DNA of 64,000 bases from positions 248,001 to 312,000 of the forward strand of contig CDROCS010000067.1 of assembly GCA_977020255.1 (NCBI GenBank), written 5' to 3'. The stretch's first letter is position 1; every line of letters starts with the position of its first letter. The DNA is from Obrimoposthia wandeli. Taxonomy: Eukaryota. Shown here piece by piece: positions 1-12,949 of the stretch. The position numbers were made by a program, and so were the translations under genes. Under the pieces are notes generated by a model that saw only the letters and a program-made list of their open reading frames with translations, searched no databases and had not been told where the DNA came from.

Positions 1-670
1 ATTCAACAAAAACTCTATTTTAATTTACTTATAGTCTAAATTACACTTGTATTCAATCAAACTATCGACACTCTTATTTTAAAATTACATTCACTTGCTA
101 AGACTCTTACTTGTAAATGACATTCATACTATCAATCACTTGCTCGTCATACTTGCATTCAATCTAACTATAATTTATTCAACAAAAACTCTATTTTAAT
201 TTACTTATAGTCTAAATTACACTTGCATTCAATCAAACTATCGACACTCTTATTTTTAAAATTACATTCACTTGCTAAACCCACTTACTTGTATTGAAAT
301 TCATACTATCAATCACTTGCTCGTCATACTTGCATTCAATCTAACTATAATTTATTCAACAAAAACTCTATTTTAATTTACTTATAGTCTAAATTACACT
401 TGCATTCAATCAAACTATCGACACTCTTATTTTTAAAATTACATTCACTTGCTAAACCCACTTACTTGTATTGAAATTCATACTATCAATCACTTGCTCG
501 TCATACTTGCATTCAATCTAACTATAATTTATTCAACGTAAACTCTATTTTAATTTACTTATAGTCTAAATTACACTTGCATTCAATCAAACTCTCGACA
601 CTCTTATTTTTTTTTTAAATTACATTCACTTGCTAAGACTCTTACTTGTAAATGACATTCATACTTGCAT
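1..670. repeat. Tandem repeat, 177-bp unit, about 3.8 copies (truncated by window start)
   Basis: ATTCAAC...ACTCTATTTTAATTTACTTATAGTC recurs at 1, 177, 354 and 531. Confidence 0.95.
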
Positions 671-1169
671 GCATAATTTTATTCATTTACATTCATTCTA
701 CCTCTCATTTTATTCAAACTCTCATTCAAATATTCAAATAAATTAATATTTTTACTAATTTTCTATTAATTCCGTTGTAACTTAGTCGTTGAAACGAAAA
801 GAATGCATAAAGAATGGACTTTCTTACTTTGTAAATGTTATTCACTTAAGTTTGAAGATGATATTATGAAATTACATAATAAATGTGTTTAATTTTGTAT
901 TATTCTCTGACTTCTTTCTTATTTTATTTTTTATTTTAATATATAATTGAAGTTATTTAAAGAAATTTTATCATAATTCTATAAATGTGAAAGCCTAGGA
1001 AAAACTTTGATCTAAATTTCACATAAAATAGTATGTGTGTGATTACGTAATACATTCATTAACTTATAAGAGTGAACTTTAGTTTAAATTTCACATAAAT
1101 AGTGTATGTGTGTGTTAAAAACCACATTTCTTAATTGATAAGTGTGAACTTTATCCTAAATTTTCATTA

Positions 1170-1522
1170 TGGATTAGATCACAAAAAAGAAAGGTGGAGA
1201 CTAAGCCACTTGATCCTTTGAATTAGTGGTTAACCAAAAAGAAGGGTGGAGACTAGATCACAAAAAGATGGGTGGAGACTAAGCCACTTGACCCTTTAAA
1301 CTATGGACGACCATAGTGGTATATCAAAGAAGGATGGAGTCTAGATCACTTGACCCCCTCCCCCTCCCCGCCTCCCGCCTCCTCCTAAAGGGTGTCATAC
1401 CATAAGGGTGTGTTGCCATACCATAAGGGTATATGTTGGGTCACCGGAGGTATGACACCCTTATGGTATGACACCCTTTAGGGGGGGGGTCAAGTGATCT
1501 AGACTCCATCCTTCTACCTACT
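1170..1522 (-). mobile_element. Polinton-like terminus A (right end of an element extending off the window), with short internal repeats and a fold-back
   Basis: Minus strand reads AGTAGGTAGAAGGATGG from 1522. GACTA(G/A)ATCAC and GACTAAGCCACTTGA repeats lie at 1170-1350. The terminus resembles the AGTAGG end of the Polinton at 47362. Confidence 0.55.
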
Positions 1523-2663
1523 GTAATAAGATAGTATTTTATTTTCTATATTAATTTCTAGCCCTCTTTTTTAAAAGTATTTCCATCATTTTAAATATGG
1601 TAGTGTCTGATAGAAGATACTTTCTGAGTAAAAAATTAAAAGAAGGTTTGTATCTAGGACTATCAGAATTTCAAACACATAAGTTCAACACACAGTATTA
1701 GTGTAGTTAAAGTACAATCAATACACTTAGTACAACATTGCATTTCGTGTAAATACAAATTCCCATGGAATTAAATGAGTAAATATGGAAAAATTTGATC
1801 TTGTTTTTTCCATAAACAATATATGAATGAATTATATAATGTACTTTCCAGGAGTACAAAGTGATTCATTAGCTTTTTTAACAGTCGCACACTTAATATA
1901 AAGCCGATTGGGCACTTTTTCGTCAACAAAATAAAGAGAGCTAAAAATTGGAATTGTACATATTTGATTCCTTGCAACGACAAGTATTGGAAAATGTTTA
2001 AAACAGTAAAATAATTAACTTTTACATTATAGATTTTGAATTACATTACACGAGAATTTTACACTTTTAATTTTTCCCTGAAATATAATGCTTCTCCATG
2101 ACGAGTTAAAGTTTTAAAATTTTTAGGTTCAAATTAATATGTAAAGACGATGAAAGAATATTTTGATATTCACAAATGTGCATAATGCAGGAATTCTAGT
2201 CAAGGATTACAATTAATTGTAGCGGGCCGACTATTATACTTAATCAACTCAAAATGAACTTTTTTATTTCGTAGTATTTTTTACCTATTTTGAATAAGCT
2301 ATTTATATAGCAGAAATTGTATTATCTTGGTGATAAAAAAATCCATTAGTATTTATTTTCATAAGACTTAATTCTTAATTTTGTAAGTGATCCTGAAATG
2401 TTACAGCAATAATAAATTTGAGACTTTGATCTGTATTGAACTTTAATTTTACTCACTCAGTCTTCTACATTATATCCAAAATGATTTAGTAAGTACACAT
2501 GAATAAATGGAGTAAACATGAACAATAGAGAAACATTATACTTTTAATTCATGTGCAAAAAATCGACTTTAAAGATTGATTTTAAAAATATTTTCCTCAA
2601 CGTTTTGAAGTACCGAATAATGTTGGTTCTTCAAAAAGAAAAAAGAAAACAGTTAATCAGCAT

Positions 2664-3112
2664 GTGTATCGTAATGAGATGTGCCCCCCAATGTTCCAAG
2701 ACATAATCAACGTAATGGATGGTGAATCGTGGATTTGGCAACAAGATGGCGCTACAGCACACACAGCCAATGCGACTATTTCATGGCTTCAAGAGAATGT
2801 ACCAAGTTTAATTATGCCACTTGATTGGCCCTCAAAAAGTCCAGACTTAAATGTTATGGACTATGCTATTTGGGGAATAGTGCTACATGAATTGCAGTTA
2901 GTACGCGAAGAGGTTTCCACAATCGATGAACTCAAACTATTTTTAACGCAAGCTTGGGATAATATTAGTCTGGATACCATACGAAAAGCTACATCATCAT
3001 GGATAAAACGTCTTCAAACATGTCGGGATAATGAAGGAAAACATTTTGAACATTTATTATAAATGTAAATAAATTTATTTAAATCCTTTGGTTTTCTACG
3101 GACCACCCTGTA
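2664..3112 (+). mobile_element. 5'-truncated Tc1/mariner-superfamily transposase (DDxD type) with right TIR
   Basis: ORF 2664-3062 has WQQDGATAH and WPSKSPDLNVMDY motifs. Right TIR ...CGGACCACCCTG ends at 3110 and is followed by TA. Confidence 0.9.
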
Positions 3113-3749
3113 CATACATTTTAATAGAATAATCGGTATAAGAGCATCTAACGTAAAGCTTAAAGGAAATAAATTGTAAAAAAATTACTTCAAGCCATTC
3201 GTAATTTTTGTGTGGAAATATTTTAGCTGTAAAATTCTACTTTGCACTATTTATATAAATTAGATGTTCTAGTTAAATTAGATATTTCCAAGTGACCATA
3301 ATAGACCTCTCAATTCGTATATCAAGTAATGAATAATGGATAAGGCTGCAATCGTCAATACGGCGATTCATAGAAAGCTGAATATGTCGAATTTTTCCTT
3401 TTGTAGTTCGGCTTTAACTGAAACTAGTTTGACTGGCTTCAGTTGTCAAAAATATCGAACGAGTGAGAGAATCAACGCAACGTTAAAGTCGGTTATTTCA
3501 CATTTATTCCAAACTATATGGATGCTTATTTGTTACCAGTTTCTATATTCTTTTATTTATTAAACATAAATGAGAAGTTTATTCTAATAATTAGGGACAA
3601 TTTCTGTTATTAACAAAAAGAAATAATTATTTTTAGAACTTCACATAAATTATTTCGATTCTATAGAAAACGATGAATAATATATTTAATAATGACCGGA
3701 TATTGATAACTTTTAAGTTATTGAAATTGAAATTCGAGTTTGTGGTTGT

Positions 3750-4050
3750 GGAAAAATTATGGTATGGGCTATTGTTTTCTCAAACGGTCTCATATGGCAT
3801 CAGGTTTAGTATAGAACATACAAGTCAAATAATTATTTAGATTTGCTATAAAACAAATTTGTACAGATAATTTATCTAAAAAATTTGAATACGTACTTTT
3901 GTTTTGAGGAAAACAGTAAAGTTCACAAGGCAAATATAATATAGAAATTTATGGAACGAAATAATGTCAATGTACTATATAGGCTAGCTAGAAGCCCTGA
4001 TTTGAATATTGTAAATTATGTTAGGAAAAAGTTATTTCTGTCAGAGTCTG
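3750..4050 (+). pseudogene. Degenerate Tc1-like transposase fragment
   Basis: Broken frames give MVWAIVFSNG, ENSKVHKA and LARSPDLNIVNY. Confidence 0.6.
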
Positions 4051-4317
4051 AAACTGTTCAGAGTTCGCTAATAAAAGTAATTTAAAGAAAATAACTAAAT
4101 TAATTATTCATTTGATAAATTCAAATGAACGTGTTTTTCTAAAACTTCATGACAAAATAAGACCATGACTACTGAAAGTCGTAACAAATAATCGCCAAGA
4201 AAACCACCGTTGACAAAGGAAACCCCACAGCTAGAGAATCGAGCTGCAACAGGATCGATATCACCAGGAGGACCGACAACATCTAGAGGGTCAAGATAAC
4301 TAAAATGTAAGACCGAT

Positions 4318-4460
4318 AGTAGGTGGAAGTGTCCTGTCTAATCCACACCCCTCCCCCCACTGTCATTTAAAACCGAGCATGTGTGTGGAGTGAAAATTCG
4401 TGCATGTGTGTGGAGTAAAATTTCGTGTATGTGTGTGAAGTGAAATTTTGTGTGTAGGGG
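4318..4460 (+). mobile_element. Polinton-like terminus B
   Basis: AGTAGGTGGAAGTGTCCTGTCTAATCCACACCCCTCCCCCC, then TTTAAAACC and three GTGTGTG(G/A)AGT(G/A)AAA direct repeats. Same family as the copies at 30308, 33374 and 43018. Confidence 0.7.
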
Positions 4461-4750
4461 AAAAAATTGAAAAAGCATCGAATAGGAGGGAAGCGCGGGG
4501 GTCTCCTCACCCCATTATTTTTTATTTTACTTTGAAATTTATCTCAAAAGTGATTAGAGAAGACCACAGGAATTCATTTTGGACCCGGCGGCTTATCGCA
4601 GACGACATTTCAAATATATTACTACTATTTTTAAGATTTTAGATTACTATATGTTAAATATTTAGGTCAGATTTATAAAAGAAAATAGATCTATATAATT
4701 TAGAGGAGAAAAAACAAAATACGAGTCAAAATTATTTTTCAAAACATTTA

Positions 4751-5618
4751 TTAAACATAACACAACATATTGGCTTCACTCAAAGTCCAGAGAGGCTGCA
4801 TTTTCCCATCATCAGCAAAATATCCATTGAGACGTATTGAGATATTCCATAGTTCTTCATCTAGAATTGGAGCAATCAAATATCCTAGATAATCTTTAAA
4901 ATCCAGACTGGGATCAGTTTCAAGCTGGAAACAATTTCTTTCATATACATAATCAGGAATGTAAAATCCCAAAATATTTTTCAATTTATCAAAATCAGAT
5001 GTTGTTAAAATTTCGATGAGATATTTATTCTCCACTTTTGATATTTTCACAGGATTCATAACTCGTATAATTTGATGCTTCAAAGGTATTTATGTTTAAA
5101 TCAAGGTTTTTAGCGAGTTTATCATCAAATAAAACTCGTTTTATATTGCTCTTTACTGTAAACGTTATTTTACCATTTTTTAATGTTTCACATTTATCCA
5201 AATATTCACTACATTCCTTCTGTATTAATTTACAGAAATTCACTTCACTATCTATTTTATAATCTTTTGAAAACATTTTCAGTTCCACTACATACTTTGG
5301 TCTCGTTTCAACTAAAAACACTCTTGCTACTCTACCAGGAAATTTTTTAATCGATTTAGATGAGGCTATATCAGATCTCTTCATACCTACTACATGTCCA
5401 CTGTCAAAACCGAATTGAAGAGCTTCTTTTCCAGATTCGAATATAATTTGAATAGGTTTAAAATGTTTTATTCGATTTTTAAATTTTGATAATTTGATAC
5501 AATTTTGATGTCTAATTTGAGGTATAATTTGATGCCTCTTTAATATATTACATAGTTTTCCTTTTGAAATTCTTTCTGGATAATAAAAACTTCCTACACA
5601 TCTCAGAAGAGGATCCAT
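4751..5618 (-). pseudogene. Penton (minor capsid)-related protein, frameshifted near 5050
   Basis: IQIIFESGKEALQFGF and KITFTVKSNIKRVLFDDKLAKNLDLNINTF align by eye with FNLEIDNKSLALSYGM and IIEFKLKPHVKEINMDKNLATIIGFNENSF of the penton at 55424-56452. The N- and C-terminal penton motifs are missing. Confidence 0.55.
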
Positions 5619-5893
5619 TCTAAAATAAGGAAACTGATTAAAAAACAATGTTTATAAAAAATATATATAAGATACAAATATTATAAAAAATAATAAATAA
5701 AACTAATTACATTTTATTACATGCAATATAAAAGAAACATTGTAATAATAAAGAAATAGTTAAAAAATAGGGATATGATCTCGGTCAATTTTCCACATAG
5801 GTAGCTTTGTTCTAATTTCAACTTTCTTGTAACCATAAAGCTGAATTGTTACAATTCATTGCTTCTTTTTCAACATATATTTCTCTTCCATAT

Positions 5894-6220
5894 TCACATA
5901 AAATACAACATCAGCTGCTCGGATATAAAATTTGTTCTTATTGAATTAAAATCTTGGAACTGCTTTTTCAATTTTTTGTTTAAGATATTGAAAATCTGGT
6001 TTTTGAATAAATAGCTGAACTTTCTTCTTTCAATTGTCACAGAATTTACTAAAGCAATCAGTCGAATCTTCTTTAAGACCCTGACTTTATATTTGAAATA
6101 TTTTTTCACTTCTTCATACATATTCTTATCCGAATTTTCTAACATTTCTAAATCTTCATCATCGCTCAATATCTGTTGACTATCCTTCATCATTGATAAT
6201 TGTCTTTGATATGAATGCAT
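5894..6220 (-). CDS. Hypothetical basic/acidic protein, probably decayed at the 3' end
   Basis: 108-aa ORF co-oriented between the DEDD-like and penton-like genes. No motif recognised. Confidence 0.35.
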   Translation of the reverse strand: MHSYQRQLSMMKDSQQILSDDEDLEMLENSDKNMYEEVKKYFKYKVRVLKKIRLIALVNSVTIERRKFSYLFKNQIFNILNKKLKKQFQDFNSIRTNFISEQLMLYFM

Positions 6221-6655
6221 TTATTATGATTTGTCTTCCAATGGCGCATTCTTTTATACTAATTTGTAACAAAGACACAGATCTCATTGGTTAAAATAAC
6301 TAAAACATTGAATTTAATTAAACTAAATCAATATTAAAAATAGAAATTGATTAAAAGAAATATATCATCCAATTGTAATAGGTTTGCAAGATAATTACAA
6401 AAAATTTGCAATAAAAAAGCAGGTTCAGACATATAAAGAAGAATTAATGAAATGAAAATAATAAATGAAAATATTTAGTGAGTTATAATTAATAAGTTTA
6501 TTCATATACTGTAAAGACCTAAACGGGATGTCTACATGAAATATGAAATGTAAAGGATGAAAAACGTCGCATATATCCATAATCCATAATTCTTTCATAA
6601 TGTAACCTCCATCTTTATAAATGAAAGCCTCAAAGTCAATGAAATATTCTTGCAT
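6215..6655 (-). pseudogene. Polinton accessory DEDD-like protein, degenerate paralog of 52887-53396
   Basis: MQEYFIDFEAFIYKDGGYIMKELWIMDICDVFHPLHFIF matches MSVYFIDFEAFIDNNTEFVII*LCILDVDAIFYPKHYVF. A C-terminal ECAIG remnant lies near 6245. Confidence 0.75.
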
Positions 6656-6699
6656 AATTACCCAAATATAACGTTAATGTCTTTTTTTATAACAATTTA

Positions 6700-8412
6700 A
6701 AATATAAACCAATATTCAAAATTTAAAGAAGTTTCTCCCAACCTCACCACAATAAGCAGTACTGGTTCCTGCATAAAAAATTAATAAATTAAAAAATAAA
6801 TTTTAAAACTTTATCTCAATAATGGGAGAAGGAAGATTCTCTTGTTGTCCCATCATCACCTCAGTAGACGTGATCAGACATGTGGTTGCCTTCCTCAAGT
6901 GCTTTGACTTGCTTCTCACCCTTTGCTTCCATCTTGGTGGGATTGTTGTAGACTTTCTTAACCATTCTTCAATTAACAGCACTGGTTCCTGCATCAAAAA
7001 ATTCGAATTTTATTTTAAAATTTCCTCAATAACAGGCAGTTTTGACTGTTTATCAGCTTGCCTTTCATCTTTCGAACTGTTTGCGATTTGATCCGATACC
7101 TTTTTAACATTTGCACCGTATCTTGCATTTTCTCAATCCGAATTATAGGAGTAGTTTCTCCCAGCATCTATTCAAATAGCTGGACTGGTTCCTGCATCAC
7201 AAAAAAAAAAATAAAATTTAAATATATTAGTTATTTACCTCAAAAACAGGCAAGTTCACTTGTTTCATCAGCGTAACCTTCTTCCGGCGACAGTCTGGGT
7301 TTTGATACGATGTATTCTCGACTTTTGCATCACTGCTTGTTTCCCATCCAGTGATAGAGTAGGGGCAGCCTCTTCCAGCATCTCCTCCACTGGTTGCACT
7401 TAGTCGGTTTCTTATGCGAATAATTTAAAATATTTTACCTTCAATTATTCAGAGACGCCAAATATCGGAGCTCACTCCTTGGCATCTCCTGGCTGCATTA
7501 ACTCACCAAGATTTCCGTTTCGATCAGCCTCTCCAATAAAGTAACCAGCTGTGCAATATCCAGTTGAGGTTCTGAAGAAAGAAAATAAAAACATATGAAA
7601 TAAATAAATAAGCTAACTTCATTCGTTGCCTTTATTCTTCCAACTTGTCTCACCGGATATTGTAGCCTTCTAAATGGTTCAGGCACTGTATCGTCTGCAA
7701 TCGGAGTTAATGTAATATAAGGGGTAAGATCATTCCATTCGTCCGTGAAGAGACACCACTCATCTTCGTCCAATTCTGTAACCATCTACTCATTTATGGC
7801 TGCCGCATTGTCATTGACTCCAAGACTCAGAGGGATCCACTCGTCGATGAATGAAGTCAAATCCTCCGCCTGATCTGACGGTACCTCATCATTGAAGAAA
7901 TTCTCATCAGATTCGGGTGAGCGGACTGTCTCCGGCTGAGACAACGGAATCATCTTCCAGGTGCGTTTGTTTGCAGCTTTAAAATTGTCGAAGATATTGC
8001 TCCTTTACAGTCTCCTTGCTGCTTCTGCTGAAGTTGACGGATGAGCAGTTGCTTCCGCATTCCAGGCAAGGAGTACAGTCTTCCCAATTTCCATTTAATT
8101 CTGACTTGTCAGACCAATATATTGTGATCTTTGTACCCCTACTCTCCCTGTCATTGATTCTTCTCTTGAAGTTGAGTTGGTAAGTGGTTCGTCCATCTCC
8201 ATCGGCTCCGGAGTTGCTGCTCTTGCTGGTGCTTCTCCTCTTGCTGGTGATTTTGCTTATTTTCCCCCGTTCTTCTGCTTCTTCTTTGCTCACCACCGAT
8301 GAGTCTTGACTAAGTTAGCCAATATACGCTGCGACAGTGGTGGCGTTCATTGCTGTACTGTAGAGAGATCCCCATACAACTCCACCTCCATCTCTTCATC
8401 CAAATCTACGTT
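6700..8412 (-). pseudogene. Spliced acidic low-complexity gene (copy 1) with tandemly duplicated exon-intron units
   Basis: NVDLDEEMEVELY, DLTSFIDEW and ELDEDEWCLFTDEW motifs. GT-AG introns at 7572-7617 and 7192-7238. Three TGCAG|GAACCAGT acceptors. Several stops. Homologous to 34860-37250. Confidence 0.6.
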
Positions 8413-8634
8413 GTTGAAAAAAGCATTCTGTTGATTTTCGATTTATGAAAAATAATGAAAAGAGGTCTTTTACGAATATATTTTTTACGTTAGAAATGTG
8501 TTTATTTGTTATTCTCTAAACAAACATTGATTAAAATTTTTCTTTTTAACTCGAATCGTATATTGAACACTCAAATCTAGAGTTCTTGGAAGAAGAACTT
8601 AGATTTGCCAACTGCGTCATTATTTCTCTAGAGC

Positions 8635-10900
8635 AGCGGGTTCCAAACTTTTTGGAATGCACCCTGTAAAAAAAAGAAAAAGTTTCATGCCCCCTTTAAA
8701 AAAATTAGAAACACAATTATATTTGTTAATTTAAAAGATTTTTTTAACATAATTAAAAATAAAATTCATTATATAAAAAATAATAAAAATAATAAAAAAA
8801 TATATATAAAAAAACGAAATAAACTTTTTATTTTTCTTATTTCATTTATTATTACTATTAGTTGATTCACTTCATTGAAATCTAAAAAAGAACAAAAGAC
8901 CATGAAAAACTACGAAAAATAATTTTTATTTATTTATCAACAATTATTTTACATTTGTGCGAAGATTTTACAAAAAATTAAAATGAAGTATAAAACAAAG
9001 AAATGTTTGATATAACTAATAAGAATTCATTTTATATAGTATAGGAATTGGTATGATAATATAATTAGATGAATTTTGAAATTGTGAAGCAACAGTTTTC
9101 AATTGTAATTAAAATCTGAGTAAAAATTCATTTTTAAAAGCATTTATACTATTTCTTTAAAATAATTATATATGATGAAATTTATGATGAAAAATATGAT
9201 GAAATTTTAAATGTAATTAGTTTATTTTAATTATTTTTAATTTGTTTTTCTTTTAGAGCTATATTTTGCTTAATTATACAAATTTCAATAAGATTAACCA
9301 TAATATTCACGTGATTCATTGATAATATATCGTATTATAAACATAATTTGTTTTACAAAATCCGTGGACAATATATTCTAACTTAAATTAATTGAAATAT
9401 TTTTAATATTGAAAAAATTTATAATGGAAAGTAGCCCATTGTAACCACATTCAGCCTAATTCAAAATGTGTTTAGCTTTTTATGTTCGTCAAAAATAAAG
9501 AACAGTTTCATCATTAATTAAGCGTCAAATGCCTAAATATTTACCAAGTTTATATTTTCAGTTTTGGAATGTTTGTTTATATCTTTAAAATATATAAACA
9601 TAAAGACGAGCTGTATTTTTAAAATGCATCGAAAAATTTGTTTTGGCCAAAGTTATTTTTTATAAATCTGTTGTTTTAAAAGTTTGGATCATATATAAAT
9701 TTAGATTATTTAATGTAGATTTAATTTAACTCAAATCATTCAGATGAAGTAATTAAAAGAAGTATTTAAACTTCAAGAAAATCATTAAAATAAACAAAAG
9801 TTTACATAAAATTGGGTAATTGGTATGTAAGAGTTTTGATTTTTACGTATATGCATTTATACCACAAATATTTTAACTTTCTTGAAGTGGAATAATCCCA
9901 ATCGGTATCTTTCAATCTTTATCATTTTAATTTTACATGTTTATACAATGAAACTCGGTTAATTCGCCAACATGTATGACAAAAAAACAATATTGAATTA
10001 ACCGAATATTGAATAAAAAATGTAACAGTAGTTATGTTAATCACATTTCTACATAACAATTTTTGTCACGAAATATATAGTTTCAGAAAAAAAAAAATAA
10101 AAAGAAAATTATTATAGGATTTAATTCTTTAAAAAAACTGTCAAATTTATATTGTTTCAACAAACTCATATATGTTTTACGTATTTCAGATGAAATTCTG
10201 GACAACTCAGTATTTGTGTTAACACATGCAACATAATTAAGACTGACAATGCTTGATGCAACACTCGTGCAAATTCTTCATCGTTTATGTTTTCTCCATC
10301 ATCAGTATCCATCACCATATTCACATAATTGAATATGAATAGGCAATATGAATGTCTCTCACTGAGAATTTATATTGTAACAATATTATTATCCACATTG
10401 CTATAGTCGTCTTCTATCAATTCGGGTGGTATCTTGTAGAGAAGTCTTAAACGATTAAATAATTCATCTTTGCTGTTTTATTGTTAATTGTCAAAGGAAT
10501 TTATGAAGCCGTCTTCTTTATTCCCATTTTTAAACAACAGTTTCTGAAACTATTAATGATTGTTTCTGAGTGTTACGATATCCCAAGTCTCCTCCACGAG
10601 ATGTAGTCTATGGTTTCAATTCATTTTTATTATCAAGGACAAAAATCAAATGCATCATAATTAAACAGCGATAATTTTCTTTAAAAGACTTGTTTATTCC
10701 ACTATCTATTGGCTACAACACTAAGGTTGTGTTTGGTACAATAATTTAATCTTCACCTATTAAAAACGGTCAATTTGGGGATGGACCGGTCATTTGTCCA
10801 CAAACAAAACCCCTACACGCTGTTTCCATTTCATGTCACTGTCAAATTACTCCACATACCTTTGAAAAATAGTACTGGCTTTTCACAATTGATCCTAAGT
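8635..10900 (-). mobile_element. Highly degenerate hAT DNA transposon remnant
   Basis: hAT-type terminus CAGCGGGTTCCAAACTTTTT at 8635. Only faint TTF-finger and transposase-like fragments internally; boundaries are approximate. Confidence 0.4.
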
Positions 10901-12949
10901 CCATATATATATTATAATTATTTTTTATGCGACTAAAACCCAAAAAAATATAATATTAATATATTTTTAAAATTACATTTTTAAAGATAATAGTTTATAT
11001 TTTAGAGAAAAAATTATTAAAAATAAAGTTAAATACTTTTTTAAATAAATAGAAAAAAAATAAAGTAGTATAAAGTAGTATAAAGATATATTGAAATATT
11101 GACATTGGATTGAATGCTTCTTTAAATGATTAAAAAATCATTTTAAATAGGTTAAATATAGTTAGTTTAAACATAAAATAAGCTTAACAAATTAAAATTT
11201 TAAATAAGCTTAACAAATAAAAATTTTAAACCATATTTCAACTTTATTTAACCCAAAAGTATTAATATTAGGTTTATTTGTTGGAAAATTATAATAAAAC
11301 TTATTTTTTATTGGTACCTATATACTGAATGGTAGAAAATCAATTTTCAGAACTAATTTTGCCTATTTAAGACTATTTTACAAAAATTAATTTGAATCTA
11401 TATTTGACAATTTTTTTATTTTTTCCGTTATTTAGCAGTTATGAATAAAAAATGATACTGTAAAATTATTTGTCTATTTAAAATGTATTATTATTTAGAG
11501 CAGGACTCCAGTTTTCACTGACGGACCTTGTAGTCTAATTTATAAACCCATGACTAAAAATGTAAATTTAATATATATCTACAAATTAGCATTGTAAAAA
11601 ATCTGAGAATACTTATGTTATAAGCAGGAAATTCTAATAGAATTTATTGCAATTAATAAAACAGTAAACCTTAAGAGAATTTTCAAACAAATAAACCTAA
11701 TATTAATACTTTTGGGTTAAATAAGGTTTAAGAGATATACAGATTTATAATAGATTTAAGAGATATACACTTGAAATAATTTCTTTGTCCGTTTTTTTCG
11801 CTGTCTTTAAATAATTATGTTTATAAGATTTTTAAAAAAAAAATTTTTGACAATGACTCCAGAACATTTTCGACTAGTACAAGTGAAAATTTATTAAAGC
11901 TTTATTGGCTACTGATCAATGTCGGAATTGTATTCAAGGTTATCATAAAATGTATTCTCTCACAAAAGTAAAAATATTTATTTGATCTTCTCGAGCATGC
12001 AGATGCGACTCGGGAGAAACGATGATAACTGTATATTTGGTTAGAAATACTCAAATAACAAACATAGTGCTGAAAATTTTTTGAAATTTATGCTCTGAAT
12101 CTTTTGAACAATTTACCGATGGATATAAGAAACTGAAACAATGTCGAAAAATTCAAGAACCAGCATAAAACTTTACTACCCAGAAAATATTACGAAAGAA
12201 AGAATCAAAATTGTTAAACATGTAAAAAATCATAGATAAAGTAGAAGCAAGCGCTATATTAAATATTTATTGTTATTAACTAAAATTAATTAACCTAAAA
12301 TGAATACTTTTCACTGAATTAAATTTATGACAAATTTATCAAAGGACATAAAATAAAAAGAATTAAAAAATTAACACAAACCATTAAACAAAGGGTGCTC
12401 ATTGCTTTCAAAGATTCACAAGGGATAAAACGAGAGAATGTATTACATCGTAGCAAATTATAGGAAAAATCGTAGTCTGGTACGTGTGATAAAAAACACG
12501 TATTTCTCAACTCTGTTTACAACAGCTAAACACGCACATCTAGGCACTCACTGCAGGCCCGGAGTGCTGGGAGGAAGGTTGAGTAGGCGGGACACGTGCA
12601 TGCACTAGCACCGGGGTGGCAGATGCTCGCTTCTGTCACGCTGCGACACTCCGAATCCAGTCGGCACTTCATGTCTGTGGTGAGCACTGCACCGACCAGT
12701 ACCAGACATTTATTTTAAATTACCACAAGCATCGTTGAAAAATTTTAAATAAAAAATAATCTCGATATTTAAGCGGTAAATTACTAAACGTTTCTTAATA
12801 GCAAAATACTTCATTTTTTGTTTAAGTGTTGATACTAAATTCTAAAAAGCATGTGTAACTATTAAACACAATTTGGAAAATCAAATACAAGAAATATTTT
12901 CATTACAAACCTTAACATATGAAACGCAGTTGCTCTATTTCATTTAAAT

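Noticed and set aside
11850-12200. THAP-domain remnant
   Set aside because: Only a weak ICS..F...KKLK resemblance.
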